A stretch of DNA of 64,000 nt from a virus, in the IMG/VR virus record IMGVR_UViG_3300036832_000974, positions 1-64,000 of that record; one strand, given 5' to 3'. This document shows, piece by piece, positions 42,976-52,867 of this stretch. Every line of letters begins with the position of its first letter. Position 1 is the stretch's first letter. The notes below the pieces were generated by a model. The model searched no databases. It was not told the DNA's origin and worked only from the letters and a program-made list of their open reading frames with translations. A program made the translations under genes and the position numbers.

Positions 42976-45900
42976 TTATGCAAACCCCAGATTAGCTGCA
43001 CTGTTACGCCGGTCGGCCGCATCCTGCGACATGCGGTCAATCCGCGAGCTATGCCGGGTCGACGAGCGCCGCTGAGCTGGAGACGGATGCTCAATCTCGA
43101 TCTTGGTCTTGATCGGCTTCGACAGCTCATCGCGTGCCGCACGCACCTGAGTGTGAAGATTGGATTCGCCGATGTCACCGCTGACACCAGTGGTAGCGCT
43201 GCCAGCAGCGCCAACGATATGGCCGGGACTCTTGGTCCAGTCGATCGCCGTCTGAGTGGCTGGCGCACTAGGACGTGCCTGCCCTTCGCCGGGCGGATGG
43301 CGGAAAGTGTATCGGTCGATGCGCTCTTGCCGACGCCATGGCCCCTGATTGCCGCCGAGCATCGTGAACTTGCCGGTCTTCGGATCGACGCTCTCGGCAA
43401 TAGCAACATGCGATCCTGGTTGACCAACTTGCGCGCCGCCGCCAAAGCGGCTGCTCTTGCGCACGACGATGTCGCCAGCATGCGGTGCGCCGCCGCCTGT
43501 TCCATACCTGAGCCAGTTGGAAGCCACCGCCGCGCCTTCCACAGGCACGCCGCCGGACCGCTTCACGGCCGCGGCAACGAAGTCGCCGCACCAGTTGTCG
43601 TCCATGCGGTAGCCCTTCGCCGCCAGCATGCGCTTGACCGCGCTCGGGCTACCCATGGTCGCCAATGCAGCAGCCTCTTTGAGAATATCGCTCGGAACAT
43701 TGCTGGCCGTCGCCTGCGCTGGATCCCATGGCTTGTAGCCACCAGCGCCTACGGCGCCGGTAGCGCCCGTGGTCGTGTCGCCAGCCCGCATCCGCTGCGC
43801 CCATTTGGCAGCGCCTGCCCCCATGTCGCTGTACCACTCGCCACCGATGTTCGCGAGCCGCGCTCCCGCTGCGCCGACCTGCTTGGCGTAAGGGTGCTCA
43901 TAATGCCCCGGCTGCCACATGCCTTGATCAGTGCGGTAGTCGATCAAATTGCTGCCGCCTCTGACAGCCTCGTACGCCGCCAGCGCCGCGGTCCGCTCAG
44001 CACCGCCGAGCGGCGTCGTCTGACCGCGATTCACCGGCCCGAAAAAACCACCATAGAGAATCTTCGATGCCGACTGTCCGGTCATGGCGGCGCGGTTCGC
44101 TGCGGCTTCGAGCGGCCCCTGCGCATGACCACGCAACTCGGTGTTGGTCGCCCGCAGCATCGCTTCCTTCAGCTGCGGATTAGCATCCAGCTCCTTAAAG
44201 AATTTGGCGCGCGCCGTTGCCAGATTGGTGCTGCCGCCGGGTCCAGCACCGCCAGCACTGGTTTGCCCCGCACCGGTGCCGCCGGGACCTCCAATGTAGC
44301 CTTCCGGCAACGTCCCACCACCCGCCTTGAGATCCTCGGTCAAGAGCCCGAGCGGCTTCTTGAAGTCAGCAGTCTCAGAGCCCTTGAGCCATTCTGGCGA
44401 TGAGCGGTCCTCGCCAGAGCCGCCCGCGCCAGTGCCACCATCGCCACTACCGCCCGCACCGGTACCACCACCACCGCCACCGCCGCCACCGCCGCCACCA
44501 CGACCACCACCGCCGCCGCTGCCCGGTCCCCAACCGCCGCCACCGCCAGCGCCAGGAAGCCCGCCCATCACGGCGGTCGGATCGATCCCCGGCCGGTAGC
44601 CGCGGTTGCGCGAAAGCGCGCGCCACAGCCCCGCCATCGCCGGATCGGGCTTATCGATGTACTGCGTCGAGCCGCCCGGCCCTGGCGCTGCACCTTCGCC
44701 TGCGCCCATCGCCTGACCAAGCGGCACCACGGCCTCGGGCCCGGCCTCGCCGATCATCGCCAGCGTCGGCGAGGTGACGACACCGCCAGATGCATACGGC
44801 TTAATCCGGCTGGTCCATGGCACACTGGTCGCTGGCTTGTTGCCACCACCACCCTGGCCGTAAACGTCATTGAGGTATTTGTTGATGGCCGATCCGGCCC
44901 GGTTTGTGCCGATATTGTTGGGGTCGCCGGTCTTCTTGCTGGGGTCGTATCCAATCAAGGTGTTGAGGTATTCAATTCCCTTGTTGATGCCTTTGACCGC
45001 TGCATCGATCGACTCGAACTCACCGGCAAGCGTATGAATCAATTCGCTACCACCAAGCAGGTGGAGAAGCTTGCCAAACTCCTCATAGAGCGTTTTGACA
45101 CTGGTCCCTAAGTGGTCAAGCGCCTCTGACGCTTGCGCCTTAAACAGCGCGCTGTCATCGACCGCCTTGTTGAGCCGCTTTTGCTCCTCGATATTCGCAA
45201 CAAGCTGGCTCCGTATCCGTGGGTACAGATGCAGCCACTCGCGCAGCTCCGGCAGCTCACCGAACATCTGGCGCCGCGCTTCTTCCGATTTTGGCGCGCG
45301 CTCAAGCAAAGTGTCGGAGAACTGAACAATGTCGCTTCTGCCTTGCTGCCAGCTGCGCAAGGCGTCCTCGATCGGAAGCGCCGACTTCATCCGATAGGCT
45401 TGATCGATGATGTTGGCGAACAGCCCACCGCCTCGACCGGGATCGCCGCTGATCTGAGCCAGCGTCTGAACCAGCGCGGCTGATTGCTCGTCGGCGTCCT
45501 TGGCGGCGATCCCAGCTTCTCTGAACGCCTTGGACAGATTGCCGTGCACCTCCAGCGCACCGCTGCCCAGGTTCTTCAATGAGCCACCAAGCCGGTTGAG
45601 ATATTCCGGCATGTCATCGAGATCGATCCCGCCAGCACTGCGCGCAACGTTGACGACCTTCATGACATCGCCAAACGTCGAGCGCGTGACGGTGGAAAAG
45701 CGCTCCATCGTCGGGAACAGCTTTTCCAGCTGCTCGTTGGTCATCGCGGTGTGGCTGCGCAGGTCGACGAAGTCTTTGGTTAGCTGCTCGACCGGCTTGC
45801 CGACCGTTGGTGCCAGCTTCTCAAAACTTTCGACCAGATGATCGGCTTCGTGGGCGGTCAGCTTGCTGGTTGCTTCCAGCGCTTTCAGTCCCTTCTCAGC

Positions 45901-46137
45901 TTCGGCAAACGCCTTGTAGGCTTCCTTGCCGAACTCAACGACTTTATCGCTTGCCTTCCCAAGACTGGGAATGAGGGTGGACCCGATACCAGCCGCGAGG
46001 CCGGTCATTGCCGCTTGGGTCAGACCGAAGCCCTTGGTCATGGCATCGGAGGCGGCCTTGGCATTCTTCGCTGCGCTCTCGAACCCCTGCTTGGTTTTAT
46101 CAGTTACGCCTATATTCAGGTTGACGTCGTCGGTCAT
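42976..46137 (-). CDS. Tape measure protein with poly-Gly linker and C-terminal cell-wall hydrolase domains
   Basis: Helical N-terminal half; NWCGDFV...GDIVV...HVA...LGGNQ CHAP/NlpC-type domain; position after chaperone. Confidence 0.85.
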   Translation of the reverse strand: MTDDVNLNIGVTDKTKQGFESAAKNAKAASDAMTKGFGLTQAAMTGLAAGIGSTLIPSLGKASDKVVEFGKEAYKAFAEAEKGLKALEATSKLTAHEADHLVESFEKLAPTVGKPVEQLTKDFVDLRSHTAMTNEQLEKLFPTMERFSTVTRSTFGDVMKVVNVARSAGGIDLDDMPEYLNRLGGSLKNLGSGALEVHGNLSKAFREAGIAAKDADEQSAALVQTLAQISGDPGRGGGLFANIIDQAYRMKSALPIEDALRSWQQGRSDIVQFSDTLLERAPKSEEARRQMFGELPELREWLHLYPRIRSQLVANIEEQKRLNKAVDDSALFKAQASEALDHLGTSVKTLYEEFGKLLHLLGGSELIHTLAGEFESIDAAVKGINKGIEYLNTLIGYDPSKKTGDPNNIGTNRAGSAINKYLNDVYGQGGGGNKPATSVPWTSRIKPYASGGVVTSPTLAMIGEAGPEAVVPLGQAMGAGEGAAPGPGGSTQYIDKPDPAMAGLWRALSRNRGYRPGIDPTAVMGGLPGAGGGGGWGPGSGGGGGRGGGGGGGGGGGGTGAGGSGDGGTGAGGSGEDRSSPEWLKGSETADFKKPLGLLTEDLKAGGGTLPEGYIGGPGGTGAGQTSAGGAGPGGSTNLATARAKFFKELDANPQLKEAMLRATNTELRGHAQGPLEAAANRAAMTGQSASKILYGGFFGPVNRGQTTPLGGAERTAALAAYEAVRGGSNLIDYRTDQGMWQPGHYEHPYAKQVGAAGARLANIGGEWYSDMGAGAAKWAQRMRAGDTTTGATGAVGAGGYKPWDPAQATASNVPSDILKEAAALATMGSPSAVKRMLAAKGYRMDDNWCGDFVAAAVKRSGGVPVEGAAVASNWLRYGTGGGAPHAGDIVVRKSSRFGGGAQVGQPGSHVAIAESVDPKTGKFTMLGGNQGPWRRQERIDRYTFRHPPGEGQARPSAPATQTAIDWTKSPGHIVGAAGSATTGVSGDIGESNLHTQVRAARDELSKPIKTKIEIEHPSPAQRRSSTRHSSRIDRMSQDAADRRNSAANLGFA

Positions 46138-46604
46138 GACACCCGCCTAGCAGCTGGGTCTGGCATATCGAGCGCCATACCTGGACCGCCCTCCGGCGGC
46201 GGCCGTATCGGCAGCACTGTCGTCTCAGCTGGGAAGCGCGGGTCGTTCTGATCGACAGCCCGGGCGCCCGGCTCCTCCGGCGGTACTGCATCGGCTGGCG
46301 TCGCCATCGGCCGCACCCCGTTGGTGAGGTCGTCTTTGAGCGCCTGCGGCACCACGTTGTAGAGCGCCAGCATGACGCGGTCGGCATCGGGATAGGAGAT
46401 CTGGCGCAGCACCATCTCGGGAATGCCGGACAGCTCGGCAAGCAGTGCCAGCGATGACGGAAACTGGCCGCTGCTCCACCGCACCATGGTCTCGATCGTG
46501 AGCGGCCTGATCTCGACGACCTCGATGGTTTGGTTGGCGTGCTTGATCGGTGTGGCCAGCTCCACCGCCCAGCCGCCGGTGCGCCGCATGATATCGAATG
46601 CCAT
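46134..46604 (-). CDS. Tail assembly chaperone (gpE/gp41-like)
   Basis: VEL..PI.......EIRP...LLAELSGIP...L..I..PD; between tube and tape measure. Confidence 0.75.
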   Translation of the reverse strand: MAFDIMRRTGGWAVELATPIKHANQTIEVVEIRPLTIETMVRWSSGQFPSSLALLAELSGIPEMVLRQISYPDADRVMLALYNVVPQALKDDLTNGVRPMATPADAVPPEEPGARAVDQNDPRFPAETTVLPIRPPPEGGPGMALDMPDPAARRVS

Positions 46605-46615
46605 TGGCTACACCG

Positions 46616-47206
46616 TTACGGGATCGTGCCCTGCAATATCCCCGCTGGCAGCACTGGCGCCGCGCTCGGCGTCGGGATGTTGAGAATGCGGTTAATGTCG
46701 GCGTTACGGTCGTAGGTGCCGACGATGAATCGATTCTCGAAGAACGACCAGTCATAGATCGGCGTCACACCAATCGAGAGCTGGTAGAGCGTGATTCCCT
46801 TGATGCCGTAATTCCAATGCTGGGCGGCGCCGAGATTCCAGTTCTGCGGATCGGCAAGACCGAGACGCCCTCTCATCTTCGCAGTAACGCGCGACGTCGC
46901 CGCAGTCATGCGATCACGCAGCAGGCCGTAGACCCAGAACACATTCTGCTCGGCGATCCACGACGCAATCAGTGTCGCCACCTGCGCATTCCATCCCATC
47001 AGCTGGAATGTCGCTTCCATCTTGGCAAACTGGGTATCCACCTCGATGCCGATCGGCGTGCCAGCAGCGCGATGATCGACATATTGCTCGTTCATCGCCG
47101 GAAGCTTGAACTCGGTCAGCTCCAAGTAAAGACCAGCATTGGTGTCGGTCGGCTCACGACCGCAAAACATGTTCGCCTTCTCAAGCGTGAGGATGGTGTC
47201 TGACAT
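46616..47206 (-). CDS. Major tail tube protein (P2 FII-like), copy 2
   Basis: LTLEKANMFC, LTEFKLP, DHRAAG, DWSFFEN. Confidence 0.85.
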   Translation of the reverse strand: MSDTILTLEKANMFCGREPTDTNAGLYLELTEFKLPAMNEQYVDHRAAGTPIGIEVDTQFAKMEATFQLMGWNAQVATLIASWIAEQNVFWVYGLLRDRMTAATSRVTAKMRGRLGLADPQNWNLGAAQHWNYGIKGITLYQLSIGVTPIYDWSFFENRFIVGTYDRNADINRILNIPTPSAAPVLPAGILQGTIP

Positions 47207-47286
47207 TGCCTTGCTCCTGATAGATTGCGAAATAGCTCGACGCACGGTCAGACGACCGTTTCATCGACGTTGGTGATGCGGGGTGG

Positions 47287-47793
47287 TTAAGCTGCGTCGC
47301 GCGCGACGATCAGTCGGTTCTCGAAGAAGTTCCAGTCAAAGACAACGGTTTCATCGACCGTCAGTCGGTAGGCGATGATGCCTTTGATCTCGTAAGTGAT
47401 GTGCTGCAGGGCACCGAGACTCCACGGCTCTGGCTCGACACTGCCAAGACGGCCGCGTAGCATCGCTTCGATGGTCTTTGGTTTCCTAGACATACGATCG
47501 CGCAGCAGGCCATAAATCCAGAACACGTTCTGCTCAACCTTCCACGCATCGATCAGGGTCGCCACCTCGACATTCCACCCGAGCAGCCGGAACTGAGTTT
47601 CCAGCTTGCCGAACACAACATCGACCTCGATCCCCATCGGCGCGCCGCCGGGCCGATGATCGACGTAGTTTTCCTTGAAGGCCGGCAGCTTAAAATCGGT
47701 AAGCTCAAGATAGAGACCGTGGCTTTCGCGGGTGGGCGCGGTCATGCCGCAGAACATGTTGGCCTTCTCAAGGGTGAGAAGCATGTCGGTCAT
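47287..47793 (-). CDS. Major tail tube protein (P2 FII-like), copy 1
   Basis: LTLEKANMFC, LTDFKLP, DHRPGG, DWNFFEN. Confidence 0.85.
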   Translation of the reverse strand: MTDMLLTLEKANMFCGMTAPTRESHGLYLELTDFKLPAFKENYVDHRPGGAPMGIEVDVVFGKLETQFRLLGWNVEVATLIDAWKVEQNVFWIYGLLRDRMSRKPKTIEAMLRGRLGSVEPEPWSLGALQHITYEIKGIIAYRLTVDETVVFDWNFFENRLIVARDAA

Positions 47794-48002
47794 TTAGGCA
47801 CCCCGACGATGAGCGTGTGAAGGCGCTGGCTCGGCATGGTGGTCTGCTTCGGCAGTGGACCGTAGCAGTCAGAGCAGCGCCGCTTGATGCGGGTTTTGTC
47901 GTTCTGCTCGCAACCGCGTCCGGTCATGCGACAGCCATACAGCTGGTAATCGTCGGCCGCGCCACTCGGGCCGTACACGACGATCGTCCGCATCTCGGTC
48001 AT
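47790..48002 (-). CDS. Small Cys-containing hypothetical protein
   Basis: Coupled ORF between sheath and tube. Confidence 0.5.
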   Translation of the reverse strand: MTEMRTIVVYGPSGAADDYQLYGCRMTGRGCEQNDKTRIKRRCSDCYGPLPKQTTMPSQRLHTLIVGVPK

Positions 48003-48337
48003 CAATCCGGATCCTTGCAGTACAACGAGTTTACGCCCGCGCGATCGGCCAGCTCGCGGACGTCGTAGCCATAGAGCGGGTCACCATCGGGATCGTCGAC
48101 CACCGCGCGCGCATAAGCTTGAAGTGCAGCCAGGGCGTACCTGTCTTTGAGCATGATCACGAAAAACTCGCCGGGCGTTTTCGGCACGCCCCATTCCAGC
48201 ATGCCGTGGCGCTCCAACGTCGCAAACGCATAGTCAACATCGGCACGTGCGCCAGGATCATCTGGCAGCTTGGCCATGCGGACGACCGCGTACTTGCCGC
48301 GGCCGTCCTTGGTGATGTTGCGGATGAGGCGGGTCAT
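48002..48337 (-). CDS. Conserved phage hypothetical protein
   Basis: GKY.V...EFFVIMLKDRYA.AAL.AYA. Confidence 0.65.
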   Translation of the reverse strand: MTRLIRNITKDGRGKYAVVRMAKLPDDPGARADVDYAFATLERHGMLEWGVPKTPGEFFVIMLKDRYALAALQAYARAVVDDPDGDPLYGYDVRELADRAGVNSLYCKDPD

Positions 48338-50244
48338 CCGACGAAGGTGAGCTGCTCTGCGAGCTGAGCCACCATCGCATCGATGGCTGGCTTGTAGCGC
48401 GCGCTCATGGTGGTGATGCGCTTCAAGACCGGAGGCTCTTCGGCCGCGAAGCTGACAGTGAGATGGCCCAGCCGGATCTCTTCGGCGCTGTTGAGGTTGC
48501 CTTGGAAGCTGACCTTGTAGCCGAGGATCTGCTGCTGCGCCGTGAGCTGGCCAAGGAAGTTGGCGATCGTCTCTTCGATGTTCGCCACGGTTTGACGATC
48601 GATGTTGGTTCGGCCAAGATAGGTGCGCAACGCCGGCATTAAACTCAAGTGAATATAGTCGCGCCCTCTTTTCACATTATACATTCTCCAGAGTTCATCA
48701 TCTCCCATATTATCAGTGGCAATGAGGATAAACCCACCAGAACTAATTGCCGTTTCCACACCCACCAATCCGCGCACCATGACACCGAGGTTTGCTGCCA
48801 GCAGCAGCTGGCCTTCGGTAGCGCCGTCGGTGAGCGAGAACGCGATGCTGCGCGCCGGCCCGACGATGCCCTGCACCGCGCGGTTGGCAAACGAGTGGAA
48901 CGGAAAGCCGGTGCGGAAGTCCTCCGCGACCATGCAGCCCGCCGCACGCGGCGCCAGCGGCATCACCATGATGTTGCCGCTTGCGGGATCAATCACCTTG
49001 CAGCCACCGGACAGACCGATCAGCCGCTGGCTGTTCAACGTGTCGCGCCAGTTCTCATCAGCAATGGTCGAGGTGCCAGAGCTTTCCACGATCGCATGCG
49101 CAATCAGGGTGTCGAGCACGCCGGTCAGCTCGGCACAAACCGGATTGGCACCAAGCGCCATGGTGGCGGTGAGTGTGCAGTCGGCTGCCACCTGCGCATC
49201 GACGCCACCGGTGAGATGCGGTGGCCACGACGCGCCGGTCACGGTCGATCCGATGGTGAAGCTGTTGCCAGCCACGCCGGGCATCTGTGCAGTGATATTG
49301 AGCGCGAATAGCGTACCCAGCACCTTCTCATAGCTGCACAGCCCAATGTTGGGATCGGCCTGCGCGGTGGTGCCTTCCAGATACGCCACAAGGTTATCGA
49401 GCGTGTCTGACAGGTTGGCGCCAAGCTTGACCTGATGCGCCGCGGGCGTCCCGGTCGCGGCAATGAAGGTGACGTCCTGCGAGTTGAGGGTAATCTTGGA
49501 TCCGACCCCGGGCATGCCCTGGAACAGGATCTGGCCGGTAGCCGCCTGTGCTTCCTGCGCTTCGCCGTCGTGCGCTGGCAGCGTCGCGGTCGGTGCCACC
49601 GTGAACCACGCACCCCAGCTGTCGATGAAGATATCGCGATCGTGGATCTCGCCATTAGCGTCGGCAACCGCGTGCGCCTGCGGCAGCACCACGTTGGCAC
49701 CGTTGGTCTCGCCGCCGCCGAGCCCGAACGTCACCGTGTAAGTCTGGCCAGGGATGTAGCCAACACCGACAATATCGGTCAGCAGGGTATCGAGTGAGTT
49801 CGCCATCTGCCCGGTGTAGCCGGGCGCGATGATAATCCGCGGCGTGCAGTACAGCGTGTTAGGCGCCTTCAAGAACGCATGCACCCCGGTGCCCTGCACG
49901 CTGTTGCCCATGATCCGCGCGATGGTCTGCTGCAGTTTGAGGTTAGCGTCGCTCTGGCTGCCGTAGTCGGTGCGCACGATCACCAGCTGAGCCGCGATCT
50001 CAAAGTCCGCCAGCTGGTCATTGATTGCATCAATAGCATCTGGGATGTAACCGTCTGTGCCGAGCTTCTTGAGGGTAGGTAGGTCGTTCGAGAAGACGAG
50101 GACAGGCGTGTCGAGCGGAAAGATGGTCGGATCAGCCTGCGCGGCCGGGCCGATGATTCCCACCACGTCCATGTTGGCGCCGAGGATCGGCTGGGGTTGA
50201 TCGTCAACTTGTATAAACTGCAGGCCAAACGTGGGGTTCGCCAT
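48334..50244 (-). CDS. Contractile tail sheath protein (P2 FI-like) with inserted domains
   Basis: VVGIIG.A..AD...FPLDTPV, TG.HAFL.A, PRIIIAPG, SFANRAV.GI, N...I..G.L...F..EEPP. Confidence 0.92.
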   Translation of the reverse strand: MANPTFGLQFIQVDDQPQPILGANMDVVGIIGPAAQADPTIFPLDTPVLVFSNDLPTLKKLGTDGYIPDAIDAINDQLADFEIAAQLVIVRTDYGSQSDANLKLQQTIARIMGNSVQGTGVHAFLKAPNTLYCTPRIIIAPGYTGQMANSLDTLLTDIVGVGYIPGQTYTVTFGLGGGETNGANVVLPQAHAVADANGEIHDRDIFIDSWGAWFTVAPTATLPAHDGEAQEAQAATGQILFQGMPGVGSKITLNSQDVTFIAATGTPAAHQVKLGANLSDTLDNLVAYLEGTTAQADPNIGLCSYEKVLGTLFALNITAQMPGVAGNSFTIGSTVTGASWPPHLTGGVDAQVAADCTLTATMALGANPVCAELTGVLDTLIAHAIVESSGTSTIADENWRDTLNSQRLIGLSGGCKVIDPASGNIMVMPLAPRAAGCMVAEDFRTGFPFHSFANRAVQGIVGPARSIAFSLTDGATEGQLLLAANLGVMVRGLVGVETAISSGGFILIATDNMGDDELWRMYNVKRGRDYIHLSLMPALRTYLGRTNIDRQTVANIEETIANFLGQLTAQQQILGYKVSFQGNLNSAEEIRLGHLTVSFAAEEPPVLKRITTMSARYKPAIDAMVAQLAEQLTFVG

Positions 50245-50371
50245 TTACATCTCCATGAGTTTGATAGGTTAACCGGTCGACCTCACCGTCACAGTGACGA
50301 GCTGCACGTAGTCAGGCCGTCTCGGCCGCCGGTACGACCGCTTCGAAGCCGGACAAGCACGGGCCTCGGAG

Positions 50372-50608
50372 TTAGAATTCAATCCCCGACGGTATGAGGA
50401 TTTCGAGCTGGGTTTTGTCGTTAACGGTTTGATCGCCGCCGTAAACCGCGATCTCCAACACAGGTCGTCGGTTCGTGGTGGTCGGCGGGTCGGTGTAGAG
50501 CTGGATCAACCGCACATACTGCGTGCCCGCTTGGTCGGGCTGGATCGGCGAAATCTCGATGCTCTGCACGCCGTCGATGCGCAGATTGCTGCGGTCGAAT
50601 GTGAACAT
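50372..50608 (-). CDS. Hypothetical protein
   Basis: GGGGA RBS; operon continuity. Confidence 0.6.
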   Translation of the reverse strand: MFTFDRSNLRIDGVQSIEISPIQPDQAGTQYVRLIQLYTDPPTTTNRRPVLEIAVYGGDQTVNDKTQLEILIPSGIEF

Positions 50609-50617
50609 GCTTTCCCC

Positions 50618-51292
50618 TTACAGATGGAAGGCTGCGATATTGGCCCGACCAAGCTTGATCGCGCTCAGAACTGGCGTGAAGGTGACGGCGCTTGCCACGG
50701 CATTGACCCGGCTCCCCGCCGTGAACGGCAGAACATTCGTCGATGTGCCGGTGACGAAGCCGTCGTCTTCCCATGCCGGATCGCAAGTCGGCGTCGTCAC
50801 GTTTGACGGCCCTGCCCAGAACGCAAAGAACAGCCGTCCCGGACCGCTCGGCGTGCCCGACGTGATCGTCGGTGCGACCGTGCCCGAGTTGGCGGCCGTG
50901 GCATAAGCCGCCGCGTCGTAGGGCGATGGCGCAGCACCCGCGGCCCACATGCCGCCAGCGCTCATGATGGACGTAGAGCCAGAGCGCGCCGTGGCGGTGA
51001 TTGTCCCACCCACCAGAAGATTGGTGATCCGCGACCAGAAGATGCTACAGCCGCCCGCGCTGTTGTCCGTCCATCCGGTGTTATTCCAGGTATTGCCGGA
51101 TGTATCTGATACGACACCCATCGCCGAGGTGGCGCTCTGGTCAGCGACGCCGATCGCAACCAGTGCTCCTACCGGAATGATGAGGCCGGAGAACACCACG
51201 GAGCCAGTGCTGTGACGCGCCGAGAGCGCGGTGCGAGGTCCCCATGCCTGCGCGCCGCCGATGAAGCCGCGCGCCGCGGGTAGGATGATCAC
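50618..51292 (-). CDS. Fibre-associated protein similar to the N-terminal domain of the 966-aa scaffold
   Basis: IPVGALVAI...VSDTSGNTW...GT.APTITSG vs VPAGAHIVV...VTDGVNAGNY...GTTPSVASG. Confidence 0.65.
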   Translation of the reverse strand: MIILPAARGFIGGAQAWGPRTALSARHSTGSVVFSGLIIPVGALVAIGVADQSATSAMGVVSDTSGNTWNNTGWTDNSAGGCSIFWSRITNLLVGGTITATARSGSTSIMSAGGMWAAGAAPSPYDAAAYATAANSGTVAPTITSGTPSGPGRLFFAFWAGPSNVTTPTCDPAWEDDGFVTGTSTNVLPFTAGSRVNAVASAVTFTPVLSAIKLGRANIAAFHL

Positions 51293-52662
51293 GCGGTGTC
51301 GCCGCCGAGCACGAACACCGCATTGGTGCCAGTGGTGTTCGACATGCACATGATACTGACCATGGCGTACTGGCCTGCGGTCTTGCTCTGGCCCTGGCGG
51401 TTGCGCAAAGCCGCACCAGTCGCGGGCGCAAAGCTGATCTGCCCGGTGCCGCCCTGCCACACAATCGCGTTCCAGCCTTTAGCGATGTTGTTCGGCAGGA
51501 TCGCATTGATGGCGGAAGCATTGGTTATCGTTACTGCACGGCCGTTGTCACTTGGCGCGAAGGTGTAGTTCGTCCCGGTCTGGTCATCGAACATGGCGCC
51601 GATCTGCGACGAGGCGATCAGCGCCGAGCTGAGCGCATTGGTGATCGCAGTGTTGACCTGATCTGCAGTCTGATACGGCGCCACTGCGGTGGCGACGCTC
51701 GCCGGTGTGGCAAAGTCCGAGGCCGGATGCACCGCGGCGTCGCCGAGCCCGAGCGCAGTGCGCACGCTCGCGGCGTCGGCGCAGGCGTCGAGCGCCCGGG
51801 CAAACGCCGTGTAGGTCGCCAGCGTCATGGCACCGACGCCGGTGAAGTATGGCAGGCGATCCGTCGCGCCGCCGAGGCCGGCGAAAGTCGTCAGCAACGA
51901 GCTTATTGGCTGCTTGCCATTGAGCTGAGTATTGAACGTGGTGGTCAGCACCCGAGCTGCCAGCGCATCGCTGAGCCCGACCACGTCGGCAAGCTGCAGA
52001 ATCACAACGCCGGTCTTGCCAGCAACACTCGCCACCGGGCCCGACTGCACCGCCGCGATGAGCGACTCAAGATCGCCAATCTGTCCGGAAACGCTAGTCT
52101 CAGCGGCTACCGCGGCGTTGGCTGCTGTCTGCGCCTGCGTGAGCAGATCCGCCATCGCTGATGGCAGCGCGCTGTTGCACGACAGTGACCATTGCGTCGA
52201 CGACTGGGTCTTGGTGCAGAACACGCAATGGCCGGCAAACACACCGGTCGTGCCGGAATAGGCATTGAGCGACAGCACACCCCAGTTGGTGCTGTCGAGA
52301 ATATCGATCGCCAGTATGTAGGGTGTCGGCGTAAACAGCGACTTGCCATCCGAGGTTACCGTGAACTGGGTGTCGATCCCAACCACCAGCGACACCGGCG
52401 GCCCGGACGCCTCGGCAACAAGGAAGCCGATCTGTGCCGCCTCTTCGAGCACGGTAAGCAGCGGCCCGAGCACATCGTTGATGCGCGTCAGCCCAACTTG
52501 CACCAGTGTCGCTTCGGTCTTGTCGAAGGTGTCCTGGCGCGCAGCAACGCCGTTGATGGCGTTGACGATGTTCGCGAACCGCTTGTTAAAAAAGATGTAG
52601 TCGAGATCCTCGCCGCGCGGCGCAACCTGCAGATCCTTGAACTGGATGACCTCGCCTGACAT
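51289..52662 (-). CDS. Tail fibre protein
   Basis: VASVAGKTG, DRLPYFTG, RTALGLG, QTGTNYT....DNG..V...Q.G.GQ fibre motifs. Confidence 0.8.
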   Translation of the reverse strand: MSGEVIQFKDLQVAPRGEDLDYIFFNKRFANIVNAINGVAARQDTFDKTEATLVQVGLTRINDVLGPLLTVLEEAAQIGFLVAEASGPPVSLVVGIDTQFTVTSDGKSLFTPTPYILAIDILDSTNWGVLSLNAYSGTTGVFAGHCVFCTKTQSSTQWSLSCNSALPSAMADLLTQAQTAANAAVAAETSVSGQIGDLESLIAAVQSGPVASVAGKTGVVILQLADVVGLSDALAARVLTTTFNTQLNGKQPISSLLTTFAGLGGATDRLPYFTGVGAMTLATYTAFARALDACADAASVRTALGLGDAAVHPASDFATPASVATAVAPYQTADQVNTAITNALSSALIASSQIGAMFDDQTGTNYTFAPSDNGRAVTITNASAINAILPNNIAKGWNAIVWQGGTGQISFAPATGAALRNRQGQSKTAGQYAMVSIMCMSNTTGTNAVFVLGGDTA

Positions 52663-52673
52663 CGATCAATGCC

Positions 52674-52853
52674 TCATGGACTGGTGTACGCCTCGTTTGC
52701 CGTGATGCAGTGACTGGCAAACGTCGAGCCGTCATCGAGCGTCGAGTTATAGATGTCTGGCGATACCCAGTAGGTCTTGCCCGGCACGAAGTCCGTTTGA
52801 GCAACGGTAAATGCCGTGTTCACCGTCACTAGGTAATAGAGTGGATCGGCCAT
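52674..52853 (-). CDS. Small tail-associated protein (59 aa)
   Basis: AGGAGGA RBS; MADPLYYLVTVN...PGKTYWVS. Confidence 0.65.
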   Translation of the reverse strand: MADPLYYLVTVNTAFTVAQTDFVPGKTYWVSPDIYNSTLDDGSTFASHCITANEAYTSP

Positions 52854-52867
52854 TCAGCTTTCCTCCT

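Noticed and set aside
44410-44560. CCG/CCA-rich low-complexity DNA as a regulatory repeat
   Set aside because: Fully explained by the poly-Gly linker of the tape measure protein
46100-46604. Programmed frameshift in the tail chaperone (P2 E/E' type)
   Set aside because: No slippery run was seen, and the stop directly overlaps the tape-measure start, leaving no room for an extension
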